Origin: Chloroflexia bacterium
Lineage (GTDB): Bacteria; Chloroflexota; Chloroflexia; QHBQ01; JADMIH01
DNA: 64,000 nucleotides
Reading direction: 5' to 3'
Assembly: GCA_036399775.1 (NCBI GenBank)
Contig: DASWMJ010000053.1
Location: 94,069 to 158,068, forward strand
How positions within the stretch are numbered: position 1 is the first letter of the stretch; every line of letters starts with the position of its first letter. The notes below the pieces were generated by a model. The model saw nothing but the letters and a program-made list of their open reading frames with translations. It was not told the origin of the DNA and did no database searches. Positions 17,284 through 26,497 of this stretch are shown in pieces. A program made the translations under genes and the position numbers.

Positions 17284-19851
17284 GTGAACGGTTCACCCCC
17301 ATTTGGACGGTGGCTGAGAGAGCGGCGCGAATCGCTCGATATGACGCGGGAAGACCTCGCTGAAAAGGTGAGTTGCGCGCGCGTCACCATAGCCAAGATA
17401 GAGCACGGGGAGCGCCGCCCGTCGCGCCAGGTGGCCGAGCGACTGGCCGAGTCTCTCGACCTCCCGCCTGAGCAACATGCCGCCTTCCTGCGCTGGGCGC
17501 GGGGCATGGCCGTAGTGCCCGGCCTCCCTGGAATAGCCTCTGACGGTGAGCCTGCTGAAGAGAAGGCCATTGCTTCCCCTGTGGAGTCGCAAGACCCCGC
17601 TACTCCGCCGGCGGACCACCTGCCCGCATCGCCCACTTCGTTTATCGGGCGCGAGCGCGAGGTTGCAACTCTGCTCGACAGGCTCCGCAATGAGGGCGTG
17701 CGCCTGCTCACGCTTACGGGTCCGCCCGGCATAGGCAAGACCCGACTCAGCGTCGCGGTGGCTGCCGGTCTGCGTGGCGAGTTCCAGGACGGCGTATGGT
17801 TCGTTCCTCTGGCCCCGCTTACCGACCCTGACCTAGTGGTGCCCACCATCGCCACCGTTTTAGGGTTGAAAGAGAGTCCCGGCCAGGGCGCTGAGGTCGG
17901 GCTGCAAGCATTCTTGCGCGATAAGAGGCTGCTGCTGGTCCTCGACAACTTCGAGCAGGTCACCGACGCCGCGCCCGCGCTGGGTAGATTGCTGGCCGCC
18001 GCCCCGCATATGAAGCTGCTCGTGACGAGCCGCGCGGTACTGCATCTCTACGGCGAGCAAGAGTATTCAGTGCCGCCGCTCGAGCTACCCGACGCCGGGC
18101 ACCCCTTCTCTGCCGCTTCGCCGCGTTATGCGTCGGTGGAGTTGTTCGTGCAACGCGCCCAGGCTGCCCGGCCCGACTTCTCGCTGAATCCACAGAACTA
18201 CAAAGCGGTGGCCCAGATTTGCGTCAAGCTGGACGGCCTGCCCCTGGCGATTGAGCTGGCAGCCGCACGCAGCAAGCTCTTCACGCCGGAGGCCCTGCTT
18301 GCCCGGCTGGAGCAGCGCCTCACCTTCCTGACCGGCGGCCCTGTTGACCGGGAGAGCCGCCAGCGCACCCTCATGGATGCGATCGCGTGGAGCTACAGCC
18401 TGCTGGATGACAGCGAAAGAGGTCTATTCAGATGGCTTGGCGTGTTTGTCGGCGGCTGCACGTTGGAGGCGGTGGAAAGCATCTCCGAAGTCGGCGACGA
18501 TCATGAGGGGAAAGCCTACGAGCAGAAGGATGCCTTGGACACCCTTGAACTGCTGGGGTCGCTGGCCGACAAGAGCCTGCTGCGCCGGGAGGAGGCTGGC
18601 GGCGAGCTACGCTTTTCGATGTTGGAGACCATTCGGGAATATGCCCTTCACCGTCTGGCGGAGTGCGAAGAAGCGGATTTGGTGCGGCGCAAGCACGCTG
18701 GGTACTTTCTGCGACTTGCAGAAATGGCCGAGCCGCACCTGCGAGGCCCGCGCCAGGTGAGCTGGCTTGAGCAACTGGAAGTTGAGCACGATAACATGCG
18801 CGCTGCGCTCTCCTGGCTGCTTCAGGTGGGCGACGTGGATGCCGCTTTACGACTCGCCGGCGCGCTGAGCCTTTTCTGGTCGTTACGCGGGCATCTCACC
18901 GAGGGACGCCACTGGGTAGATACGGTGCTGGCAAGGGCAGACTCCGCGAACCCCAGCCTGGCGCGGGCCAGGGCACTCTACCATGCCGGTAGGATGGACT
19001 GCGAGCGTGGGGAGTACGCTCAGGCGGAAAGGCTCTTTACGGAAAGCCTGGCGTTATGCCGCCACCTGGGGGATGGCAAGGGCATAGCGTACGCTCTCCT
19101 GGGCCTGGGTATGACAGCGCGGTGGCAGGGCCATTACGAGCAGGCAGTAGCTTATGAGAGGGAGAGCCTTACGGAGAGCCTGCGGGTGGGCGAAAAGTGG
19201 TGCTCAGCAAGGGCGTTCAACCAGTTGGGGGTCGTGCTGGGTACGGATTTGGGGGAGTACGAGCAGGGGAGGGCCGCGCTCAAGGAGGGCCTGACCCTGT
19301 TCACGGAGTTGGAAGACCAGTGGGGCATAGCCGCCACCCTCAACAACCTCGGAGTGGTGGTCGGGCGCGGCATGAGCGAGTATGGCGTGGCGGTGCCCTG
19401 GCTAAAGGAGAGCCTGGCGTGCTTTCGTGGGCTGGGCGATAAGCTGACCAGCCTCTACCCGCTAATCAACCTGGGCGTGATAGCCGTCCGGCAGGGGGAA
19501 CCGGGCCACGCGGCGGCGCTGTTTGAAGAAGCATTGTCCCTATCTCGAGAGCTAAACAGGAAGTACGCCATCGCCCAATGCCTTGAAGGGATAGCAAGGG
19601 TGGCGGCGGAGCGACATGAGGCCGAAAAGGTCGCCATCCTGCTGGGCGCGGCTGAGGGCGTGCGCGCCAGCGTGGGCAACCACCTGGAACACCTGGACCG
19701 CCTGGAAAACGAACGCGCCATCGAGGCTATAAAGGGCAGGATCAGCGACGAGGCATACGGTTTAGCCTGGAAGCGGGGGCGCGCCATGTCGCTTGAAGAG
19801 GCTACAAGCGTTGGGCTAGAAGTGGCGGCGCAGGCGGCAAGCGTGCGTTGA
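17284..19851 (+). CDS. STAND-type transcriptional regulator: XRE HTH + NB-ARC/AAA ATPase + TPR (paralogue of 10464-13094)
   Basis: I prefer GTG 17284, preceded by GGAGGAGG, because it aligns with the paralogue N-terminus (..FGRWLRERRESL). Walker A is GPPGIGKTRL and Walker B-like is LLLVLDNFEQ. A TPR array follows. Confidence 0.85.
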   Translation: MNGSPPFGRWLRERRESLDMTREDLAEKVSCARVTIAKIEHGERRPSRQVAERLAESLDLPPEQHAAFLRWARGMAVVPGLPGIASDGEPAEEKAIASPVESQDPATPPADHLPASPTSFIGREREVATLLDRLRNEGVRLLTLTGPPGIGKTRLSVAVAAGLRGEFQDGVWFVPLAPLTDPDLVVPTIATVLGLKESPGQGAEVGLQAFLRDKRLLLVLDNFEQVTDAAPALGRLLAAAPHMKLLVTSRAVLHLYGEQEYSVPPLELPDAGHPFSAASPRYASVELFVQRAQAARPDFSLNPQNYKAVAQICVKLDGLPLAIELAAARSKLFTPEALLARLEQRLTFLTGGPVDRESRQRTLMDAIAWSYSLLDDSERGLFRWLGVFVGGCTLEAVESISEVGDDHEGKAYEQKDALDTLELLGSLADKSLLRREEAGGELRFSMLETIREYALHRLAECEEADLVRRKHAGYFLRLAEMAEPHLRGPRQVSWLEQLEVEHDNMRAALSWLLQVGDVDAALRLAGALSLFWSLRGHLTEGRHWVDTVLARADSANPSLARARALYHAGRMDCERGEYAQAERLFTESLALCRHLGDGKGIAYALLGLGMTARWQGHYEQAVAYERESLTESLRVGEKWCSARAFNQLGVVLGTDLGEYEQGRAALKEGLTLFTELEDQWGIAATLNNLGVVVGRGMSEYGVAVPWLKESLACFRGLGDKLTSLYPLINLGVIAVRQGEPGHAAALFEEALSLSRELNRKYAIAQCLEGIARVAAERHEAEKVAILLGAAEGVRASVGNHLEHLDRLENERAIEAIKGRISDEAYGLAWKRGRAMSLEEATSVGLEVAAQAASVR

Positions 19852-20028
19852 GAAGGTAGGGACAAACAGAAACCCCAGACAATCCTGACGGATCCTCCGG
19901 GGTTCTGTTCCTTCGGAAGCTCAGCACAACCGAAGTGATGACAGTATACAGCCGCACCGCTACCCTGTCAATACCCCATCCCGCCCCTTTTTCCACAACG
20001 AGAGATGGCCTGGAAGGACACCCCTTGT

Positions 20029-20037
20029 GCTATAATG
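20029..20037 (+). promoter_or_regulatory. candidate extended -10 promoter TGCTATAAT
   Basis: Lies 52 nt upstream of ATG 20089. No convincing -35 element. Confidence 0.35.
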
Positions 20038-20088
20038 TCCCTGCTCGCAACGGCAGCGGCAACGGCACTCTACCAGGAGTCGCAATAA

Positions 20089-20760
20089 ATGCAAGGTCCC
20101 CAGGCTACTCTCACTGTCCCGCTCTTCCCCTTGAGCACTGCGCTCTTTCCCAGGATGCCTCTGCCCTTGCACATCTTCGAGGAGCGATATAAGGAGATGA
20201 TAAAAGACCTGGGGCGGTGGGACAACCGCTTCTGCGTCGCCCTAATCCGAGAGGGTACGGAGGTGGGCGATTATGCCGATCCCTACCTGGTAGGTTGCCT
20301 TGCCGAGATAGTCAACCTGCGCCCGCTCGCCGACGGAAAGTACAACCTCGTGGCCCTGGGCGTCGAGCGCGTGCGTATATTGTCTATTGACAGCGCGAGC
20401 AAGCCTTACCTTGTGGGTGAGGTAGAGCTATGGCCGGACGAGGGAAGCCAGGCCGACGCGCCCTTGGTGGCGAGGGCGTCCAGGCTCTTCATGGAGTACG
20501 CGGGCTACCTGATGGACCTGTCGGGGGACAGGCTGGGCGAGTTCACGCTGCCCGACGAGCCGGATACTCTGTCCTACGTGCTTGGCACCGCGCTGCAAAT
20601 AGCCTCCCAGGAGCGCCAGCGCCTGCTTGAGCTGCCCGACTGCGCGCAGAGGCTCAAGGCCGAGGTAGGGATAATGCAGGCAGAGGTGCCGGTGCTGCAC
20701 GCGCTCGTGAAAAGCCCCAGGCCGCCCGTAATAGGCGACGGCAAGTTCTCGGCCAATTAG
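20089..20760 (+). CDS. LON N-terminal (substrate-binding) domain protein
   Basis: LPLFPLSTALFPRMPLPLHIFEERYKEMI is typical of the Lon N-terminal/PUA-like domain. There is no ATPase or protease part. Confidence 0.7.
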   Translation: MQGPQATLTVPLFPLSTALFPRMPLPLHIFEERYKEMIKDLGRWDNRFCVALIREGTEVGDYADPYLVGCLAEIVNLRPLADGKYNLVALGVERVRILSIDSASKPYLVGEVELWPDEGSQADAPLVARASRLFMEYAGYLMDLSGDRLGEFTLPDEPDTLSYVLGTALQIASQERQRLLELPDCAQRLKAEVGIMQAEVPVLHALVKSPRPPVIGDGKFSAN

Positions 20761-20788
20761 CAATTTTATTACGTGGAGGAAGATATAC

Positions 20789-21388
20789 ATGTCCACAGGC
20801 CAGATGCCCAACCCCCCCGACCACCCGACGACGCAGGCGACGGCGGGTGATACGCAAGGTCAAAGCGTAGGCGAGGAGCAGGGCGCGCAACCCATCCAAC
20901 CCCTCTCATTGGAAGCTGACATGGCGCGCATGATCGAGGAGCAAGTAGACGCGATAGCGCAACGCCAGGTGTACCATTCGCAGATGCTGCTAGGGGTGAG
21001 CGCCATGCCCACCGACCCCGTTACCGCGCGCATGTCAACGCTGATGGTAGCCGATGCGCTGCGGTACTCGGCCTCGCGCCACCTGGAACACACCCTGGTG
21101 AACATGGGCGACCCCCAGATCGCGCAGGTGAACGACCGGACCCTCCCCTACAAGCTCAACGCGCAGCTAGCGGGGCTGTTGGAGGGCATCCTGATAGACG
21201 TAGTATCGCAGGGCTACAGAGACGACCCTGCGCGTCAGCAGGAGGCGCGTGCCCTGCTGGAGTCCCTTTTCCAGCCCGCGAATGAGCGGATGCAGCTTCA
21301 ACCCAAGCACACAATAGCGTTCGGCGCGCCCGCGATGGGCGAAGATCGGCAGCTTGCAGCAGGCCCTGAACCCGTCACTAATAGCTGA
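20789..21388 (+). CDS. hypothetical protein
   Basis: 199-aa ORF tightly spaced between the two neighbouring genes. I recognise no motif. Confidence 0.5.
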   Translation: MSTGQMPNPPDHPTTQATAGDTQGQSVGEEQGAQPIQPLSLEADMARMIEEQVDAIAQRQVYHSQMLLGVSAMPTDPVTARMSTLMVADALRYSASRHLEHTLVNMGDPQIAQVNDRTLPYKLNAQLAGLLEGILIDVVSQGYRDDPARQQEARALLESLFQPANERMQLQPKHTIAFGAPAMGEDRQLAAGPEPVTNS

Positions 21389-21400
21389 GAGGACGTAACA

Positions 21401-24328
21401 GTGCTTTCACACAAGAAGTTCTCCCTGGTGGATGCGCGGGGTCATCTTCGCCTGATGGCGGCAGTGGCCCTGGTTTGTATGTGGGCTTTTGGATGGGTGG
21501 TGGCCTCGGCGCAAGCGTGGCCGGAGCTTGACGGTGTAGTCTCGGACGACACGGGGCGGCTGAGCAGCGAACAAATCCGCCAGGTCAATGAAGCTGCCGC
21601 CGAATTGAAAGGGCTTGGCATACAGCCCCTGGCAGTGTTGTCGCAGGACTTAAAGGGCCAACCGGATAGTGAGGCGCTTGCATACGCCGCCGCCGCCCAG
21701 TATGGATTCGGCGGGGCAAACAGGCAACTGAATGCTGACGTATTCGCTATCGTGGTCGTGCTGAACCCCAAAGAGATTACTGTCTTGAGTGGCGACGCTG
21801 TTGCCCCTATCGTGAGTCAGGTACGGGGCGGGCGGGCAGTGGACGACCGGATACGCACCGACTATGTCATCCCCAAGCTGGGCGCGAGCGACTTTGCTGC
21901 TGCCTTTTCCGATGGTTTTCGGCAGGCGGCTAAAGAAGCCGACCTCTTTCAGAATCCGCCCACCCCCACTACCGCACCTACGCCCGCCCCGGCCGTCGTG
22001 ACCAATGTGGACACTAGCGGGCTGGGGTCGGCGCTGCTGTGGTGCGTGGGGATAGTAGCTCTGTTGGGTGTGGTACTTGTCGGAGGGCCGGTGCTCTTCC
22101 GCCGGTGGAAGAGCGCCCAGGAAGCGGCGGCCCGCAAGCGCGCCTTGCAGGACCAGGTGGTGCAGGCCCGCAACGTGGCCGCCGACATGATAACGGACCT
22201 CGACTTCCCGGCGGACCCGGCGGAGCAGATACAGTACAGGTTCCTTGCGTTGGCGTTGGAGCGAGAGCGGCCCGGCCAGCTTGCCGACGTTACGAACCGA
22301 TACAAAGAGGTCTACGGGCGAGTATCCGGTGCGCTTGAGCTATATAACACGCTTAACCAGGCTAAGCCCGCTACCGAGCAAGAATTGACCGCCGCCATAG
22401 CTCAATACCAGTCCGTGCAAGCGACTATCCGGGAGGCATCCACCTTCTTGCAGCAACTGGCGGATATGAGCAAGCAGGTAGAAGGGCAGGTTTCCGCCGC
22501 GCCTGGGGAGACAGACGCGGCAAAAAAAGCCCTGGCCGCAGCGACTGATAGCCTGGCCCAGTTAGCTGCGGCGGCACCCGACCTTTACGCGCCCAGCGCC
22601 GAGCGCGCTCTCAAGCCGGTAGCAGAAAGGCTAGCAGAAGCTGAGAGCGCCCTGGCCTCGCAACCCCCTCTATCCCTGAAAGCTTATGACGCAGCCACCG
22701 CCTCGAGCGCAAGGGCCGCGCAGTTGCTCGCGCTCATCGGCAGCCTAGCCCAGGCTTACCATGCCCTGAGGCAGCAGCGCGCCAGGCTGGTAGCGGCGCG
22801 GTCAGGCGCATTCAAACTCCCCGGTAGCGACAAGACCTTCGCTCATGCATTGGATGTGCTGTCGGACGCTGCCCGGCACCTGGAAGCGGGAGATTTGGAG
22901 AAGGCAGGCGAGACGCTCAAGCAGGGTGCCGGAGCGGTGGCGCAAGCGGGCGGTGAAGTTGACGCCGCCGTGTCGCTCCAAAAGTCCAACGTAGAAGCCC
23001 TGGCCGCGCTGAAGGTTGCCGGTGAAGAGGCCAAGAAATTTATTGAGGAGGGTGCCGCAGCGTTCGACAAAGTGGACGAGTACGCCGAAAGCTCCTGGCA
23101 GGATATAAAGGGCAACGGCACCGAGGCCCAGAAGGCGGCGGACAAGGCGTTCAACCTCTGGCAGGAGGCTTCCAGGCTGAACGAATTGAGCGTGGAAGGA
23201 CCGCAAGACTTCGAGGGAGCGCGCCATCAGATTGAAGCGGCGAACGCGGCTATCGTACGCGTGCGGGAGCTAATCACCGCCATACTGGACCGCCTGAAGC
23301 ACCTCCAGGAGAGCCAGCGCACAGCGCAAGCCGAGATAGACGCCGCCGAGCACGACCTCTCTCTAGGCCGCACTTTCGTCAAGCAGCACGATCCCGACAT
23401 AGGCCCCGCGCCCGACCGCTCCCTGGGCGATGCCGCCGGGCTGATAAGTCAGGCAAAAGAGGAAATGGGCAAGGGCAAACCCGATTGGATAAAGGTGGTG
23501 GCGCTAGCGCGTCAGGCAAACGACCTGGCCGACCGCGCCCTGGCCGGTGCGCGTAGCGAGCACGAGGCTATGCAGGCCAGGCGGTTGAAAGTGCAGACGA
23601 CTTCCCAGCAGGCGGTGACCGCCCTGAGCCGCGCCTCAAACTTTGCAACTGCGCACAGGGGAGATATAGATGCATCCATACTTGATGCTTTAGCGAAGGC
23701 TGAAACCGGTGTCAAGCAGGCCCAGACGACAGCGTCCAGGGCAGAGGGTACCGCGATAGAAGATCGGGAGCGCGCCCAGGCGCTCGAAGAAGCGGCGTCT
23801 GCTCTCCTGGCGGCTCAGCAGGCGGCAGACAACGCATACAATCAAGCGTCGCAACAGTTCGCCTTCATGGAGGGGCAGCGCGAGGAAGCGGCTGCGGCGC
23901 TGAAGAGGGCCGAGTCGGCCATATGGGAGGCAGATCAATACATGGACAGTTACGGCTCGGTGGTGAGCAGGTCCAGCCGCGAATTGCTCAACTCGGCCAT
24001 ACGCGAGATGCCGGGCTGGCGGGACGGCGCTGACGCTGCGATGCTCGCGGCCATAGCGCGTGCTGCAAGGGCCGCCCAGCAGAACGCGGAAGCGGCCCAC
24101 TCAAGAGCGCAGGCGGAAGTCCAAGCGCAACTGGAAGCAGAGAGGGCGCGAGAGCGTGAGCGTTCAACCTCTTACGGGTCATTCGGCGGCTTTGGTAGCT
24201 CCTCAAGTAGCGGGTCGTCCAGCAGTAGCAGTTGGGGCGGGGGCAGTTCCTCAAGCAGTTCGTGGGGCAGCGGTAGCTCGTCCAGTAGCAGTTGGGGTAG
24301 CGGGCGGTCTTCCAGCAGTAGTTGGTAG
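21401..24328 (+). CDS. TPM-domain membrane protein with very long coiled-coil region and Ser-rich (S6-7WG.G) C-terminal repeats
   Basis: 975 aa with a signal peptide. The TPM-like N-domain reads VVSDDTGRLSSEQIRQVNEAAAELK...VFAIVVVLNPKEITVLSG. One TM helix (ALLWCVGIVALLGVVLVGGPVLF) is followed by ~650 aa rich in Ala/Glu/Gln heptads and a C-terminal SSSSSSWG repeat. Confidence 0.7.
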   Translation: MLSHKKFSLVDARGHLRLMAAVALVCMWAFGWVVASAQAWPELDGVVSDDTGRLSSEQIRQVNEAAAELKGLGIQPLAVLSQDLKGQPDSEALAYAAAAQYGFGGANRQLNADVFAIVVVLNPKEITVLSGDAVAPIVSQVRGGRAVDDRIRTDYVIPKLGASDFAAAFSDGFRQAAKEADLFQNPPTPTTAPTPAPAVVTNVDTSGLGSALLWCVGIVALLGVVLVGGPVLFRRWKSAQEAAARKRALQDQVVQARNVAADMITDLDFPADPAEQIQYRFLALALERERPGQLADVTNRYKEVYGRVSGALELYNTLNQAKPATEQELTAAIAQYQSVQATIREASTFLQQLADMSKQVEGQVSAAPGETDAAKKALAAATDSLAQLAAAAPDLYAPSAERALKPVAERLAEAESALASQPPLSLKAYDAATASSARAAQLLALIGSLAQAYHALRQQRARLVAARSGAFKLPGSDKTFAHALDVLSDAARHLEAGDLEKAGETLKQGAGAVAQAGGEVDAAVSLQKSNVEALAALKVAGEEAKKFIEEGAAAFDKVDEYAESSWQDIKGNGTEAQKAADKAFNLWQEASRLNELSVEGPQDFEGARHQIEAANAAIVRVRELITAILDRLKHLQESQRTAQAEIDAAEHDLSLGRTFVKQHDPDIGPAPDRSLGDAAGLISQAKEEMGKGKPDWIKVVALARQANDLADRALAGARSEHEAMQARRLKVQTTSQQAVTALSRASNFATAHRGDIDASILDALAKAETGVKQAQTTASRAEGTAIEDRERAQALEEAASALLAAQQAADNAYNQASQQFAFMEGQREEAAAALKRAESAIWEADQYMDSYGSVVSRSSRELLNSAIREMPGWRDGADAAMLAAIARAARAAQQNAEAAHSRAQAEVQAQLEAERARERERSTSYGSFGGFGSSSSSGSSSSSSWGGGSSSSSSWGSGSSSSSSWGSGRSSSSSW

Positions 24329-24344
24329 CTTCATGCCGCACCAC

Positions 24345-24384
24345 TGTATAAGGCGTTATGGATGATGTATAATGTGATGTATAA
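24345..24384 (+). promoter_or_regulatory. vapBC promoter (TGTATAAT 24366-24373) overlapping direct repeats GATGTATAA x2
   Basis: GATGTATAA occurs at 24364-24372 and 24376-24384, with a third TGTATAA at 24345-24351. The region lies 33 nt upstream of ATG 24406. Confidence 0.5.
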
Positions 24385-24405
24385 CGCATCAATGGGAGAG
24401 TGGAC

Positions 24406-24675
24406 ATGGGCACCAAAGTACGCAAGCAAATATATATCGAAGCCGAACAGGACGCACTGCTCAAGAGGATGTCGAATGAGACCGGCCTGTCCGAAGCGGA
24501 GATTATCCGGCAGGCGATAGATCGTCACGCTCAAGCGCAAGGGTATAACCAATCGCGTGCTCAAGCATGGGCACAAGCGCGGCAATTTATTGAGAACCTG
24601 ATAGACTTGGGACCTGTTCCAGGTGGAAGAACCTGGACGCGCGAGGACCTGTATGACCGCAAGGTTTTTCGTTGA
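24406..24675 (+). CDS. ribbon-helix-helix antitoxin (VapB-like)
   Basis: KQIYIEAEQDALLKRMSNETGLSEAEIIRQAIDRH is a typical RHH pattern. The gene overlaps the downstream PIN gene. Confidence 0.6.
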   Translation: MGTKVRKQIYIEAEQDALLKRMSNETGLSEAEIIRQAIDRHAQAQGYNQSRAQAWAQARQFIENLIDLGPVPGGRTWTREDLYDRKVFR

Positions 24676-25105
24676 TACGAATGTGCTGCTTTATGCCTAT
24701 GATCGCGCAGAACCTGATAAGCAAATAAAATCACTGGCACTCTTGAATTATTTGACATCGAACGAGCTTGCGGCACTCAGCACGCAGGTTTTAGGAGAGT
24801 TCTTCGCTACTGCGATACGGAAACTCCGAGTGCCGTTGAGCGTGAATGACGCTTCGTTACAGGTAGCGATTTTCCTGCAATCCTTTGAAATTGTGAATCT
24901 AACGGGAGCGATAGTGCTGGAAGCCGCACGCGGAGTGAGAGATTATCAGTTCAGCTTTTGGGACGCGCAGATATGGGCCGCCGCCAAACTCAATCAAATC
25001 CCGGTAGTGCTTACGGAAGACTTCAACATAGGAGCCTCAATCGAGGGAGTGCGTTTCGTCAACCCATTCGAGCCTGAGTTCAGATTAGAGGATTGGTTAC
25101 GCTAA
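24653..25105 (+). CDS. vapC: PIN-domain toxin (VapC-like)
   Basis: MTARFFVDTNVLLYAYD has the N-terminal acidic PIN motif, and later DAQIWAAA..LTEDF follows. The start at ATG 24653 overlaps the antitoxin by 23 nt. Confidence 0.7.
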   Translation: MTARFFVDTNVLLYAYDRAEPDKQIKSLALLNYLTSNELAALSTQVLGEFFATAIRKLRVPLSVNDASLQVAIFLQSFEIVNLTGAIVLEAARGVRDYQFSFWDAQIWAAAKLNQIPVVLTEDFNIGASIEGVRFVNPFEPEFRLEDWLR

Positions 25106-25130
25106 CGCATGCATCTGGGAATTGGACGTT

Positions 25131-25180
25131 CAAAAATAATAAAGGTGAGCTGGCTGCGCCGCTCACCTTTATTATTTTTG
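25131..25180. terminator. bidirectional intrinsic terminator (perfect 20-bp stem)
   Basis: caaaaataataaaggtgagc-tggctgcgcc-gctcacctttattatttttg. The stem ends include A/T runs on both sides, and it lies between convergent genes. Confidence 0.8.
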
Positions 25181-25194
25181 AACTAAGTGTTTTC

Positions 25195-26496
25195 TTAGCT
25201 CTGTGGCACCGGCGGCCCGGCTACGGACACCACGTAGTCCTCCGAGGAGAGTTGCCTCCTGGCGACCTCGCCTACGTACTCAGGCGTGAGGGCGCGTATA
25301 ATAGCGGGGTAGCGCGAGATGTAGTCGAAGCCGAGGTTGAATAGCTCCATCTCAAGGATAGAGCGAGAGAGGCCATCGCTGGTCTCCAGGCGCAAGGGGA
25401 GCACGCCCGTCATGTACTTTATGCCCCCTTCCAACTCCTCAGCCGGGATTGGCTCGGTACGGATGCGCTCTATCTCCCTCTTGATGGCATCAACAGCCCT
25501 GCCGACGTTCACCGGGTTCACCCCGGCGCGCACCGCCCAGGGACCAGCGCCCAACCCCGCCTCGAAGGAGGAGCCTGCGTAGTAAGCCAGACCTTGCTCG
25601 TCTCGCACGCTCTTGCCGAGCCTGCCCATCAGTCCGATGCGTCCCAGGAGCAGGTTCATCAAATCGAAGGCATAATAATCCGGGTCGGCGCGCCGCAGGG
25701 AGGGGAAGCCCAACACAACGTCGTTTTGCGTCTTGCCTGGCACGAAGCGGTAGACGCTCTGAGCGCCCTGCGCCCTCGGCGCGGGGGGTATGTCATACGG
25801 CTCCGGCTCCTCACCCTGGACTCGCCAATCCCCGAACAAACCGGCTGCCAGGCTCACGATCTCTTCCGGCTCAACGTCTCCCACGACCACGAGAAGCGCG
25901 CGCTCCGGGCGGAAATATCGCTCGTAGAAGGCTACCATATCTTCACGCTGGATGTTGTCCAGGGTCTCAAGGTAGCCTGCCGTCCGTATGTGATAAGGGT
26001 GGCCTTCAGGATAGAGGACCTCACGGAAGGCCCGCTCAGCCACCGAGCCGGTGTCGCTCTCCATCTCTATCAGGCCGGTGCGTAATTGAGAGCGCAGCTT
26101 CGCCAGTTCGTCCTCCGGGAAGGAGGGAGAAAGCACTATCTCGGCTATCGTATCGAACAGAAAGCTGGTGTCTTCTTTCAAGGCGCGCCCGCCTACTTCC
26201 ATGAGCGCCTTGCCTGCTTCCACCCCCACGGAGGCCCCCCGGCCTTCGGTCTCCTCGTTTAGTTGATCGAAGGGGTGTTTCTCCGTGCCTCGCCTCATGG
26301 CGCGGACGGCGAATGAAGCCAGCCCAGCCTTGTCGGCAGGGTCGTACATAGCGCCACCCTTCACGGAGAGGCGCGCCACCAGCGATGGGATGGTCGGGTT
26401 GGGGTAGACGAGCACGGTCAGGCCGTTATCGAGCACGCGTCTGCTGATGGTTTCGGGGCTGAGGCCCCTGGATGTCGGCTGGGAAAGTGTCTGCAT
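25195..26496 (-). CDS. M16 (pitrilysin/insulinase) family peptidase, non-catalytic subunit type
   Basis: M16 N/C-domain layout but no HxxEH motif. It starts 1 nt after the upstream M16 gene. Confidence 0.8.
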   Translation of the reverse strand: MQTLSQPTSRGLSPETISRRVLDNGLTVLVYPNPTIPSLVARLSVKGGAMYDPADKAGLASFAVRAMRRGTEKHPFDQLNEETEGRGASVGVEAGKALMEVGGRALKEDTSFLFDTIAEIVLSPSFPEDELAKLRSQLRTGLIEMESDTGSVAERAFREVLYPEGHPYHIRTAGYLETLDNIQREDMVAFYERYFRPERALLVVVGDVEPEEIVSLAAGLFGDWRVQGEEPEPYDIPPAPRAQGAQSVYRFVPGKTQNDVVLGFPSLRRADPDYYAFDLMNLLLGRIGLMGRLGKSVRDEQGLAYYAGSSFEAGLGAGPWAVRAGVNPVNVGRAVDAIKREIERIRTEPIPAEELEGGIKYMTGVLPLRLETSDGLSRSILEMELFNLGFDYISRYPAIIRALTPEYVGEVARRQLSSEDYVVSVAGPPVPQS

Positions 26497-26497
26497 G

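Noticed and set aside
10464-19851. The NB-ARC-TPR proteins considered as antiviral STAND (Avs-like) defence NTPases.
   Set aside because: The N-terminal module is an XRE-type DNA-binding HTH rather than a nuclease, protease or other effector. Both have operator-like arrays upstream, so a transcription-regulator interpretation fits better.
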